Shown: positions 1 through 11,568 of the stretch, piece by piece
Numbering within the stretch: position 1 is the first letter of the stretch
Layout of the letters: each line of letters opens with the position of its first letter
Assembly: GCA_000002445.1 (NCBI GenBank)
Contig: CM000208.1
Location: 2,016,001 to 2,080,000, forward strand
Source: Trypanosoma brucei
Taxonomy: Eukaryota
Length of the DNA: 64,000 nucleotides
Direction: 5' to 3'
Program-made: the position numbers and the translations under genes
The notes under the pieces: model-generated
Told to the model about the DNA's origin: nothing
Databases searched by the model: none
What the model saw: only the letters and a program-made list of their open reading frames with translations

Positions 1-1097
1 TTGGAATCGTCTTTGTCTTGGACAAACGATATGATGTTCTTGCCACCGGCATCCGTCACGTCCACGTTATCACACGATCCAATATCCTCCACTGTTGGGG
101 TGTCCAGGCGAGAAAGAGTCCGCGCTCCCACTGCCGCACAGAGCCGACGGAGCTCGAATTTGGACGGGACCTTCACAGCCATTATGCCGTACCGATTGAG
201 GTAGTGAAGGGCGAGGTCACCAAATGTTGAGTTTGAAACGATGACGTTGACACCTGTCTTGTGAATGTTGGTGATGATCTCTTCCATCGCCTCCTCCTCT
301 TTTCTCGAGAACTGGAGAAGCTCGTCTGCTGTTTCGATCAATGCTGTCCCTTTCGTTTCGGTTGATGGCACATCTACTGCACAAGCGTATACGGCAATTT
401 TCGCCTTCTTCTGGTGACGTACAACACCCTCAGGGTTTCGTGCAATCACAAATCCACGCACGTTCCGGGATCCCAACACACAGTCGCCGTCTAGCTTCGC
501 CACGCGCACGTTGTCAACATTGAAGGACCGAGTGTTTGTGGGGCACGCATTGATGCAGGCTTCAACCACCAGGTTCGCCAAGAATGAGTCGTGTCCGTAC
601 TGCTTTGAGGCGATGGCCGTGCGAATTGGTGCCATCACCTGCTCCTTGAGGAGTACATCGTCCACCGTTCCCACCGTCAGGGTTTCAAGGATCTCCAGAC
701 TCTTGTTTCCAGCCTTCTTGTACCCCTCCACAATTTCACTTGGATGGAGGCCCATGCGTACAAGCGACTCCGCCTGGGAAAGGAGCTCGCCAGCCAAAGA
801 GACAACAAAGTTTGTCCCATCACCAACTTCCTCCTGCATGGCGTTAGAAGCCTGAACCAACAACTTCGCAGCGGGATGCTCAACTTCAAGCTCACGGAGG
901 ATGGTAGCAGCGTCGTGGGTTACAAATAGTTTGTTGAGGTGATTAATAACCATCTTGCACAGCCCGTAGGGTCCCATAGAACTGCGAGTTATCTTGGCAA
1001 GTTCACGGCAGGCGTCGATGTTCTTAATGACGGGGTCATCGACAAAGGTTGACCCATCCTTAAGCATGGACGCAGGACCAGTTTGCATGAACGACAT
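1..1097 (-). CDS. CCT8: T-complex protein 1 (CCT) subunit theta. 5' partial in window: start codon at 1097, C-terminus lies beyond position 1
   Basis: Manual reverse-complement translation from the ATG at 1095-1097 gives MSFMQTGPASMLKDGSTF...GPYGLCKMVINHLNKLFVTHDAATILRELEVEHPAAKLLVQASNAMQEEVGDGTNFVV...KIAVYACAVDVPSTETKGTALIETADELLQFSRKEEE. This matches the conserved CCT-theta blocks (MVINHLEKLFVTNDAATILRELEVQHPAAK, EVGDGTNFV). Not listed in the ORF track because the stop lies outside the window. Confidence 0.85.
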   Translation of the reverse strand, partial: MSFMQTGPASMLKDGSTFVDDPVIKNIDACRELAKITRSSMGPYGLCKMVINHLNKLFVTHDAATILRELEVEHPAAKLLVQASNAMQEEVGDGTNFVVSLAGELLSQAESLVRMGLHPSEIVEGYKKAGNKSLEILETLTVGTVDDVLLKEQVMAPIRTAIASKQYGHDSFLANLVVEACINACPTNTRSFNVDNVRVAKLDGDCVLGSRNVRGFVIARNPEGVVRHQKKAKIAVYACAVDVPSTETKGTALIETADELLQFSRKEEEAMEEIITNIHKTGVNVIVSNSTFGDLALHYLNRYGIMAVKVPSKFELRRLCAAVGARTLSRLDTPTVEDIGSCDNVDVTDAGGKNIISFVQDKDDS

Positions 1098-1435
1098 CTT
1101 TAACGGAGCGGTTAAATGCGGCTGATTCCTCTGGAGAAGGCTGTGTGGATTATTAAACCAATGATTAAAACTTCAAAAGAAAAAAGACATAAAAAGGCAA
1201 ACAAAGAGATATGAAGTTAGTTGGTGAGGAAAGGAGGGGTCGAAACCCCCATCCATGGCAGAATAGTTTAAAGGGGGAAACAGTCAGTGTCGGTTCCGGC
1301 TTCACACACCGTTCCTACGTTTCGTTAATTGGTACTTTAAATTTACCCAAGCGTACCCCCTTCTTATTATCCTCACTAGTGTTCGTCGCTGCATTGGGTG
1401 TGAATGTATGGACACGCGGTTCCAGTCAATCCACC

Positions 1436-2245
1436 CTACTCTTTCTTTCTTTTCTTCGTCTGACGTCCTTCCTCTTCCCCTTCCGGTAGGGTGCGAGGAA
1501 TTTGAAACGTATGACAAAATATTGGTAGCCCGGCACAGCGGTTTTTGTAGTCCATTCCCATGACTCGGATGCGGAGGATATTTTCGTGGGTAACTCCCTG
1601 GGGATCGTTCGTCAGTTGAGTAAGAAAGCTCCGAAGGTTCTCGTCGAGCTTTTCGATTGAAAGCCCCGTGTGACCTATGCAACACGTCACCGAGTTGTGT
1701 CCCCTGCGCGGCACCACCACAGTCTTTGCTGCTTCCCTTATTCTTTCAGCAAATGGAGAACGCCGCGGGACCCAAATGGGGTGCCGCTGGTGACCACAAA
1801 ACTCACCGGTCAACTGCGGTGGGTACTTTTTTACACCATACACAAAAAAATTGTCAAAACTTTTTGCGAGCGCCCTCACCGTGACGGGATGGGTAAATTT
1901 CACGCTTAGTTTGTTACTGTCAATGACCCTCTTAACACGCTGGAAAATGGCGTCACCGTCCTCGCTTAGTTTGAGAACCTCGTCCTTGTACCGCCGCTGA
2001 GGTGGGGGAGTTACTATGCATATGCTTCCCTGGTGAATTTCGTGTGGGACAATATAATAAAGGGGGACGCGGTGCGCCACGGGTGATACTAGGAAAGCCA
2101 CCTCTACATCCACCTTTCGAAAGGCCTTCTGAGGAGCGGTAGCAAACAGATCCTCTAGCGTATCGCTTACTTCGGAATGACCTGCCTCCCTCAGAAGGAA
2201 CTCGCATAACTTTTCCAGTGCCTCTCTGCTTCTTGGGGTCTCCAT
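1436..2245 (-). CDS. Ribosomal L1 domain-containing protein (RSL1D1/Cic1-like ribosome-biogenesis factor). The track ORF extends to 2395 but the probable start is the internal Met at 2245 (METPRS...)
   Basis: C-terminal half ...NSVTCCIGHTGLSIEKLDENLRSFLTQLTND...ILRIRVMGMDYKNRCAGLPIFCHTF parallels the RSL1D1 L1-domain block (IGHVGMQIEHI...ALPIFSSF). Basic KKRKKE tail. The upstream 50 codons are low-complexity (PPSWRELPTPLW) and likely 5' UTR. Confidence 0.55.
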   Translation of the reverse strand: METPRSREALEKLCEFLLREAGHSEVSDTLEDLFATAPQKAFRKVDVEVAFLVSPVAHRVPLYYIVPHEIHQGSICIVTPPPQRRYKDEVLKLSEDGDAIFQRVKRVIDSNKLSVKFTHPVTVRALAKSFDNFFVYGVKKYPPQLTGEFCGHQRHPIWVPRRSPFAERIREAAKTVVVPRRGHNSVTCCIGHTGLSIEKLDENLRSFLTQLTNDPQGVTHENILRIRVMGMDYKNRCAGLPIFCHTFQIPRTLPEGEEEGRQTKKRKKE

Positions 2246-2474
2246 TGTGCTGCCCTTGGGATCACTCACAAAACGATAGGGGGGAGAAGCAGTATGAGGG
2301 AGGATAGAATGGGTAGAAGGATGAAGCGCCCAGAGAGGAGTCGGGAGTTCCCTCCAACTCGGAGGCTGCCGCTCGCTGCGGCTGCAAGAAGACAAAGAAG
2401 AAAGGTGGGAAGCGGATAGATAAACATGAGTGAAGAAACGCCAAGGGAAACGGTATTCTCCCCTAATGTATAAC

Positions 2475-5077
<2,603 letters not shown>

Positions 5078-6257
5078 ACACGCGTATGGCTTCAGACGAA
5101 CCGAAGAAGTTTAAAAACAATCAGACCATGCTCCGCTCCCCAGTGAAAGGGTACACCCTTCTTTAATTTCCGTGTGCAGCGGGCTCCCCCACCGCCCACC
5201 GCATTCTTGGCGTTCAGACTATACCACTGCGCGCCCTTTGCAGAACAGATCCGTCTGTGGCATTGAACAGTCTCCCTAACTTAATACAAAGATCAAAATG
5301 TGCGCACCTTTACGATTTATGCATCCCATGTGGTGAGCACCCCAAGAAGTGCTTGTGACAAGCAACCGTAAGGTGGGTTTGGGGTGTACGGGCCTCGGCA
5401 AGAGCCCAGTCATGGAAGAAAAGCATTAACTAATCCCATTTTTCGTTGGCCAATAGGGTAGCCGCGAGTTTGTTGCAGCATGTGTACGCTGGGTGGCGTG
5501 CATCTCCCCTGGCTCTCTCGTGCAGGATATCCCCCAGCCTCAAACTTTCAACAAGGCATCAAGACGCGCAGCGATTCACAGAGTTTGGGATTATCCCATC
5601 CCCGAACTAATCGGTAAATTCAACTTATCTCCTTCATCTCCTGGGTAAAGTATCGTCGGCTTCCCCTTAACACAGGGGCCCTGTATATTGCTTGTGGGAG
5701 GGGTGAATCCGTAGAAACGAAAACGCCATCCAACGTCCACGCCACCCAAACGCACTATTATGTAGAAAAATGAGCGCTGTCGCACACAAAATATGTCAAC
5801 CTTCCTAAGCAAAAAAGGAGGAGTTCAAGCTGAAGATGAAGAAACGGTGACGCAAGGAACCAGCCAAAGCCCACATAGAAAGGCATGAATATGAGTTTCT
5901 TATCAGTCGCCCCTTTCAAATCTTTTTATATACCTATTATCTACAGCGAGTAGGACTCTAGAGGCGCGCAGCACCCCCGACCCTCCGCCGTTATTTATCC
6001 CCCCCCCCTCCCTTCCGACATTTCAATTTCTTAAAGATACCCCGCTTTTACCACTATCATCTCTATTACCTGGCATTACGTTAGCCCCATAACCCACCCC
6101 CGCCAACGACCCCTTCTATTCATATATAAGGGGTTCTTCACTTTGTCTTCCATCCGGCAACTTGCAAACCATTGTTGCCCACATCATCGGAGCCGAAAAG
6201 CGAAAATAGCTAAGTGGATAAGGATTTGAAACTGGGCCAAACGTTTTCTTAATCTTG

Positions 6258-7751
6258 CTACAGATCTTGTTTATCAACATTGCTCTCATTGCTATCATTA
6301 CTTTCATTGCTCCTACTGCTCTTGTTCTCTTCCTCGCTTTTCTTCTCCTCTGTCACATTAGCTGGTTTCTCACTCACCTTAAACGTTGTCACATGTTTGC
6401 GAACAAATTCGTAGACGTTTTCAAATGAGCGTTCACCTTCGAAAACAACGGGTTTCCCTCCATTCGGGACGAAGAACACCGTCGGAAATGCTGTAACTGT
6501 AAAAGTAGACGAGTTAACGTAATTGGCTGTGGCATCAAGCTCGGCAACGATAAGGTCGGTTGCATCGAACTCCTTCGCGATCTTATCAAAGGTTGGAGCG
6601 AAATTCTTGCAGTGACCGCACCAAGGGGCAAAGAAAAGGATGAGCATGTCTTTTCCCGACGTAAGGTGCTTCTGCATTGTTTTTGCCACGATGGTGGTTT
6701 TGCCATCAACAGTCTCCACCTCGGGGACAGGGAGGGACTTGATGGTGGGCTCGACACGACCTGCAGCAAACTCCAGGATGAACTTCTCAAGGGACTCGCG
6801 GGTCACAACCTCCGCTGTGGAATGCAAGTAATTGGCGCCCCAGTGGATAGCCAAAAAGGCGGGGTACTTGGCGTCCTCCGGGACACCGAAGTCCCTCCAA
6901 ACCGGATGTTTCGAAATGTTAACCCAGAGAACTACCATATGGGATCGCATTTTTTTACCCACTTCTGTGAGGCTTTCTTTCAACTCGATCGAAGCAGTTT
7001 CATTAGGCTTGACCATAGCCCATCCTACGGGTCGTTTTATAACTGAGTAGTATTGATAGTTCTCCGGGGTAATTTCACCCCCAAAGGCAACGCGAGAAAT
7101 TTGAAGGAATTCTGTCAACTTCTCTACTTCCATGGGGCCATCGTAAACCTCCTTTTCGCCTCCCTTCCTGTACACCACAATGGTCTCGGGCTTCTCGTCG
7201 GGGAAAAGCTTAGGTTCTGCTTCAAAGAATTTGAGGCTGACTCTGAACGACTGCGCGGCCTCGGCCAGTGTGGTAGAAAGTGAAGTGCTATTGCTGGCTG
7301 TCAGGCCAACGCACACTACATCATGCTCCTCCTTTGCCCTTGTCACCTCTTCAGCATTGGACGCTGGCGTCACTGCCGGTCCAACGTTCGCTTTAATGTA
7401 CTTGATAATATCGTCCTTCGTGCGGGCACCACCGTAGTGCTCCGCCTCCTTGCCATTACGAAAGAGAATGATTGTTGGGTATCCCCTGATGGAAAAGTTA
7501 GCCGCCAATTCAGGTTGTGAGTGACAGTCGACTTCGCCCATAAGTGCATTGTCAATAGTTTCATTGGCCGCCTTCTCCCACTCTGGTGCGAGCATCTGGC
7601 AGTATCCACAGGTGTCAACATAAAACTTCACGAGAAATATTTCACTCTTTGCGATGGTCTCGTTGAAGTTCTCTTTGGTGAGCTTCAGGGATTCCGCAGT
7701 CGACTCGCGCATGGTGGCGAGCGCAAGAGCAACAAGAAAAATAGCGCGCAT
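6258..7751 (-). CDS. PDI2: Protein disulfide isomerase. Signal peptide, two thioredoxin active sites, C-terminal KQDL. 497 aa from the Met at 7751
   Basis: MRAIFLVALALATMRESTAES signal-like N-terminus. First active site YVDTCGYCQ, second FFAPWCGHCKNFAP. Acidic/Ser-rich tail ending SNVDKQDL (KDEL-type). Size and position fit the bloodstream-stage PDI2 of T. brucei chr10 (recall). The track ORF extends 57 codons further upstream (to 7922). Confidence 0.8.
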   Translation of the reverse strand: MRAIFLVALALATMRESTAESLKLTKENFNETIAKSEIFLVKFYVDTCGYCQMLAPEWEKAANETIDNALMGEVDCHSQPELAANFSIRGYPTIILFRNGKEAEHYGGARTKDDIIKYIKANVGPAVTPASNAEEVTRAKEEHDVVCVGLTASNSTSLSTTLAEAAQSFRVSLKFFEAEPKLFPDEKPETIVVYRKGGEKEVYDGPMEVEKLTEFLQISRVAFGGEITPENYQYYSVIKRPVGWAMVKPNETASIELKESLTEVGKKMRSHMVVLWVNISKHPVWRDFGVPEDAKYPAFLAIHWGANYLHSTAEVVTRESLEKFILEFAAGRVEPTIKSLPVPEVETVDGKTTIVAKTMQKHLTSGKDMLILFFAPWCGHCKNFAPTFDKIAKEFDATDLIVAELDATANYVNSSTFTVTAFPTVFFVPNGGKPVVFEGERSFENVYEFVRKHVTTFKVSEKPANVTEEKKSEEENKSSRSNESNDSNESNVDKQDL

Positions 7752-8415
7752 CGTGACGCTTTTTATTAACTTAATAAAAAAAAGTAAACAGTATAACAAA
7801 CGTTCACCTAGCAAAGAGGAGAAAAGGGGTGCGAAGCAAATTTTGACACGAGGGATCTTCGGAGCGGCATGCAGTGACAGGAAAGTACGACACCAACGTA
7901 ATGCCTGCACTCGCGGTGGCACGAAAAAATAAATGTATCACAAGAGTCACCGATCCAGCAGCATACAACCGCCTGTATTCGCCCCGGATGCCCTGTAAAG
8001 GGGACCGTCAGCCAACATCAGGTGCGTGACGACCCCTCAACCCCTCTCATTTTTTGACTGAGGAGTAAACTCAGTAGACCCGACTCAACTCAACTGCGCC
8101 ACACTTTCTGTAAACACCTTTAACAAACAGTGAGATGATCAAAGCCTGTTGGCACCTGCTCGAAGTGACGGGGAAGGCTCCAAGAAGTGTGACTCGCGCT
8201 CGAAGATCGTCATTTTGTTATCGGTACTGCTACTCTTCACTACATCCCCCTATCCTATAGGGTAAAGTTGTGGATCCTATGCTAAGTAAACGACAAGGCT
8301 AAAGAAAAAGGTAAATTGCGACAGTTACACACACTTTGCTGCGGAACGCATTCAGGAAGACCGTTTGCCACACTTCACGCGGGGGATGACCCGCGTACCC
8401 TACAACATCACATTT

Positions 8416-9540
8416 CTACTTAGGTCCCAATGTTGAGGCCAGGGAATCACATAAAGACTTCAGTTTTCTGTTCTCGTTCTCTAGTCTGTGTGTTTCATTT
8501 TGCTTTGAGCGAACTTGATGTCTAAGGTCTTTAAGTTTAAGAGTATTTTTCTCCATTTGTGAGCCCACGCTCTCTCGTAGTTCATCTGTTGTGCTCCTTA
8601 GTTGAGTTACTTTTTCTTCCAAGTGTCTCAAATACTCACGGAGGTGCTCCCTCTCCTTCTGAACGTCGGTAGACTGACAGGAAGCCACATTCATCGAAAT
8701 TGAAGCCGGAGTGCTGGCACTGTCACTCCCTTTCGTATCACACAAACACTCCGTGCTGCCGAGAGTATCCTGAAGCAGCTGGTTCGCTCTTTTTATATTT
8801 TCAAGCTCTTCTTGAAGCAAGTTTCTCTCTTTTTGTATTTTCTCTACCGCATCTAATGTCGTTTTTTCATGAATATCGCGTAACAGGGCCACATTCTTCT
8901 TTGACTCAAGGAGAATTTCATCAGTTCTTTGCTTTTTAAGCTCCATCACACCCATGATCTCGCGTTTCTTTCTTAAGCAATGTCCAAACGTCCGCTCACG
9001 CTCACGGGACAACTCACGGATTGCCTTAAGCACCTCCCTTGCTCGATTGTCCTCTTCATGGGGAACGCACTGAACGCTGTGCTTCAGTGATGCATGCAAA
9101 TCGTTAAGCATCGAAATTAGCCTCACCAGGGTAACACGTTGCAATGCATTCTTGTTCTGAGGTTCTCTGCTCAGGTCGTTTATCTGAATTACGAGGTCTT
9201 TAACTTGTGCTTCTGCCGCGTTGAGACCTGCGTCCGCTTCAGACAATTCATTCAAGTACTCGTCGCGCTCCGAATATTTGGTTGCTTCTTCCTGAAGCAC
9301 TAGCCGCTCAGTGTGCGCAATTGTATTACTTCGGATCGCTTCTTCAAGACTTTCTTCTGCTTTTTTCAAACCTTCCTTGCTTTCTCCAATTGAATTCTCT
9401 GCATCCGCTATGGAGGAAGACAAAGAGAGTATCACCTGATTGCGCTGCTGCATGACCTTCTCTTGGATCAGTAAAGCTTCCTCCAGCCCTCTAAGCTGTT
9501 CTTTAAGCTCTTCAATGGATTCCCTTTGCTTAGCGTCCAT
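8416..9540 (-). CDS. Coiled-coil protein, hypothetical (374 aa)
   Basis: Heptad-rich, E/L/K/Q-dominated sequence throughout (LKEQLRGLEEALLIQEKVMQQRNQ... LQEELENIKRANQLLQDTL). Clean long ORF in the orientation of the surrounding transcription unit. Confidence 0.45.
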   Translation of the reverse strand: MDAKQRESIEELKEQLRGLEEALLIQEKVMQQRNQVILSLSSSIADAENSIGESKEGLKKAEESLEEAIRSNTIAHTERLVLQEEATKYSERDEYLNELSEADAGLNAAEAQVKDLVIQINDLSREPQNKNALQRVTLVRLISMLNDLHASLKHSVQCVPHEEDNRAREVLKAIRELSRERERTFGHCLRKKREIMGVMELKKQRTDEILLESKKNVALLRDIHEKTTLDAVEKIQKERNLLQEELENIKRANQLLQDTLGSTECLCDTKGSDSASTPASISMNVASCQSTDVQKEREHLREYLRHLEEKVTQLRSTTDELRESVGSQMEKNTLKLKDLRHQVRSKQNETHRLENENRKLKSLCDSLASTLGPK

Positions 9541-9773
9541 CTTTGAATCCAGTGGCTCACCTCTATGTATTCGTAGGTTAACAATACTTTCCCTTTTTAA
9601 ACGTTTGTTAGCGCCTACCTTTCATGCAAATTGCGAAGTTCACAACGCAGAGGCGGGAATATTTGAAAAGGATGGAAGTTAAAAGAATTGGAGAGCGGCA
9701 TCGCACCAACAGCGGGCCCAAGCGAATAACAAAACGAATTGCGTAACAAAAAACTCAGCTAACCGCATTTTTA

Positions 9774-10595
9774 TCATGGCTTTCGCTGTAACACGAATGC
9801 GTAGTGAACCCCCATAAGGCACCTCCGTTCCGCTATAATTGAGTAGCAGTTGTCCTCTGCCACCCACCTTCCGTAATCGTGAGTAAGGTTCATTGAGCTG
9901 CGCGTCGCAGCACCGAACCAGCGAGTGAGCGAGGCTAACAGCGGCCATCTGGGTTTTCCAAAGTCCATAAGAAGAACATACCCTCCCTCCTTAACGTAGG
10001 CCGCGGCTGAGTTCAACATCTTCCGCGCCCCTTCCTGACCCATGTTCAACAATTCATTCCGAATCACAACGGTATCGTATTTCCTGAAGTCGGGCATTTC
10101 GGTCTCCCTCCGCTCAACAGTGTCAAAAGTTATAGAGCTCCCAGCCCAGTTATAATCATTCTTCAACATAAAACCCAAAGTCAGAGCCCGCCGCCTTTCA
10201 GTTTGCTCCTCTTCAGAAAGCGACAAGTCGGTTTTGTATTCGTCGTCATCAACCCTTTCCTTTACAATAAATTCGACACGAACAGCATTTGACATCTCGT
10301 AATATCTCACATCCCTTGCGTCTGCCACCTTTGGAGTGAGATCAAGCACTCGGCCTCTGCAATACTTCCGGTACATCCATGACACCGAACGATACATACA
10401 CCATTGGGGTATCAAACTCAAGCCCCAAATCACTGCAGAGCCAGTGATAAATGTCACTAGAAAAAGATTCCGCCCTTGAACTATCTTCAAGTATTTATCC
10501 TGTGGTATTTGAGTAGGTTCGTACCATTGTGCATCAGCACCATGTACACTGACAACCTTCCCCTGCATGCCGTTGAAAGCACTGGTGGCGCACAA
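9774..10595 (-). CDS. Hypothetical protein. Weak resemblance to SAM-dependent methyltransferase motif II/III (AAYVKEGGYVLLMDFGKP), N-terminal hydrophobic segment
   Basis: 273-aa ORF in transcription-unit orientation. Motif-level resemblance only; no GxGxG motif found. Confidence 0.3.
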   Translation of the reverse strand: MCATSAFNGMQGKVVSVHGADAQWYEPTQIPQDKYLKIVQGRNLFLVTFITGSAVIWGLSLIPQWCMYRSVSWMYRKYCRGRVLDLTPKVADARDVRYYEMSNAVRVEFIVKERVDDDEYKTDLSLSEEEQTERRRALTLGFMLKNDYNWAGSSITFDTVERRETEMPDFRKYDTVVIRNELLNMGQEGARKMLNSAAAYVKEGGYVLLMDFGKPRWPLLASLTRWFGAATRSSMNLTHDYGRWVAEDNCYSIIAERRCLMGVHYAFVLQRKP

Positions 10596-10666
10596 AGGTG
10601 TTGTTAAGTCATGGATTTCTGTACAAGAGCTCGTACAACAGCAAGGAACGCCTCTTCAAAGTGCGC

Positions 10667-10702
10667 AAAACAACAACAACAATGATAATATTAATAATAA
10701 TA
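10667..10702. repeat. Short (CAA)n followed by (TAA/ATA)n microsatellite in the intergenic region upstream of the 9774-10595 gene
   Basis: caacaacaacaacaatgataatattaataataataac read directly. Confidence 0.8.
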
Positions 10703-10787
10703 ACGGTGGAGACACTACAGTCTCGCAAACAATAAACGCAAGTCTACACTAAGCAATAACGAGATACCCAACACGCTACTGGTTGCC

Positions 10788-11354
10788 TCACCTGTAAAAG
10801 GAGAGCACGAACCTCCAGTACCATATCGTCAACGGGTCCAACGGCAGTCCATCAAACCACTTTATTTTCACGAACGGCAACCAGTGCGGACCACTTGCAC
10901 AACTAGAAGTTAGGCACAGCAACCACCTGATTGTTTTGTCAAGTGTAACAAAGTCAAAAATTTCACCAATTAATGAACGATCCATTAAGGAGAATTCTCC
11001 CAACAAATGTTGCGAACCCGTCTTCTCCCTCAGCTGGCCATCTAAAGAGCGAACGTCGTTAAGAAAACCTGCACAGGGCCGCCTTTCCTGAAAGGACCAC
11101 GATAACTCAGCCATGTAAAGAAACCCAACAACGGAGCTTGCTAATCTCTGGGAAGCCCGTACCGCCATTCCAAGTCCGAAGTAGCCGCACGAAGCACCGA
11201 TCAATGCGAAATAAACCCCGAGGGGGTTGAATACACCATTAATAGTACGGCATATAACGGCGCGCTCTCCTATATTTGGTGTGTAGCCTTCTCTTTCTAT
11301 TTGTTTTAACAAACAAAGAAACGCATCCTCTTCAGGCAAAGATGACTGACGCAT
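10788..11354 (-). CDS. Hypothetical membrane protein (188 aa)
   Basis: Hydrophobic stretches (VYFALIGASCGYFGLGMAV; VVGFLYMAELSW). ORF in transcription-unit orientation. Confidence 0.3.
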   Translation of the reverse strand: MRQSSLPEEDAFLCLLKQIEREGYTPNIGERAVICRTINGVFNPLGVYFALIGASCGYFGLGMAVRASQRLASSVVGFLYMAELSWSFQERRPCAGFLNDVRSLDGQLREKTGSQHLLGEFSLMDRSLIGEIFDFVTLDKTIRWLLCLTSSCASGPHWLPFVKIKWFDGLPLDPLTIWYWRFVLSFYR

Positions 11355-11568
11355 ACCATCTAAATAATACTGGTCGGTGTATCAAGCATATAAAACAGAA
11401 AAAAAAAAAGAAAAAACAGTATAAACGTAGGACAAAACTAGGATTTACAACAACTCACACAACTAACTCCAAGCAAGGATTTTTTTCCTCTCCACCAAAA
11501 AAGTATTAAAAATATAGGGAATCCTCAGATGATTGACAAAAAATTTATAACTTAAGTGATTGCTTTAC

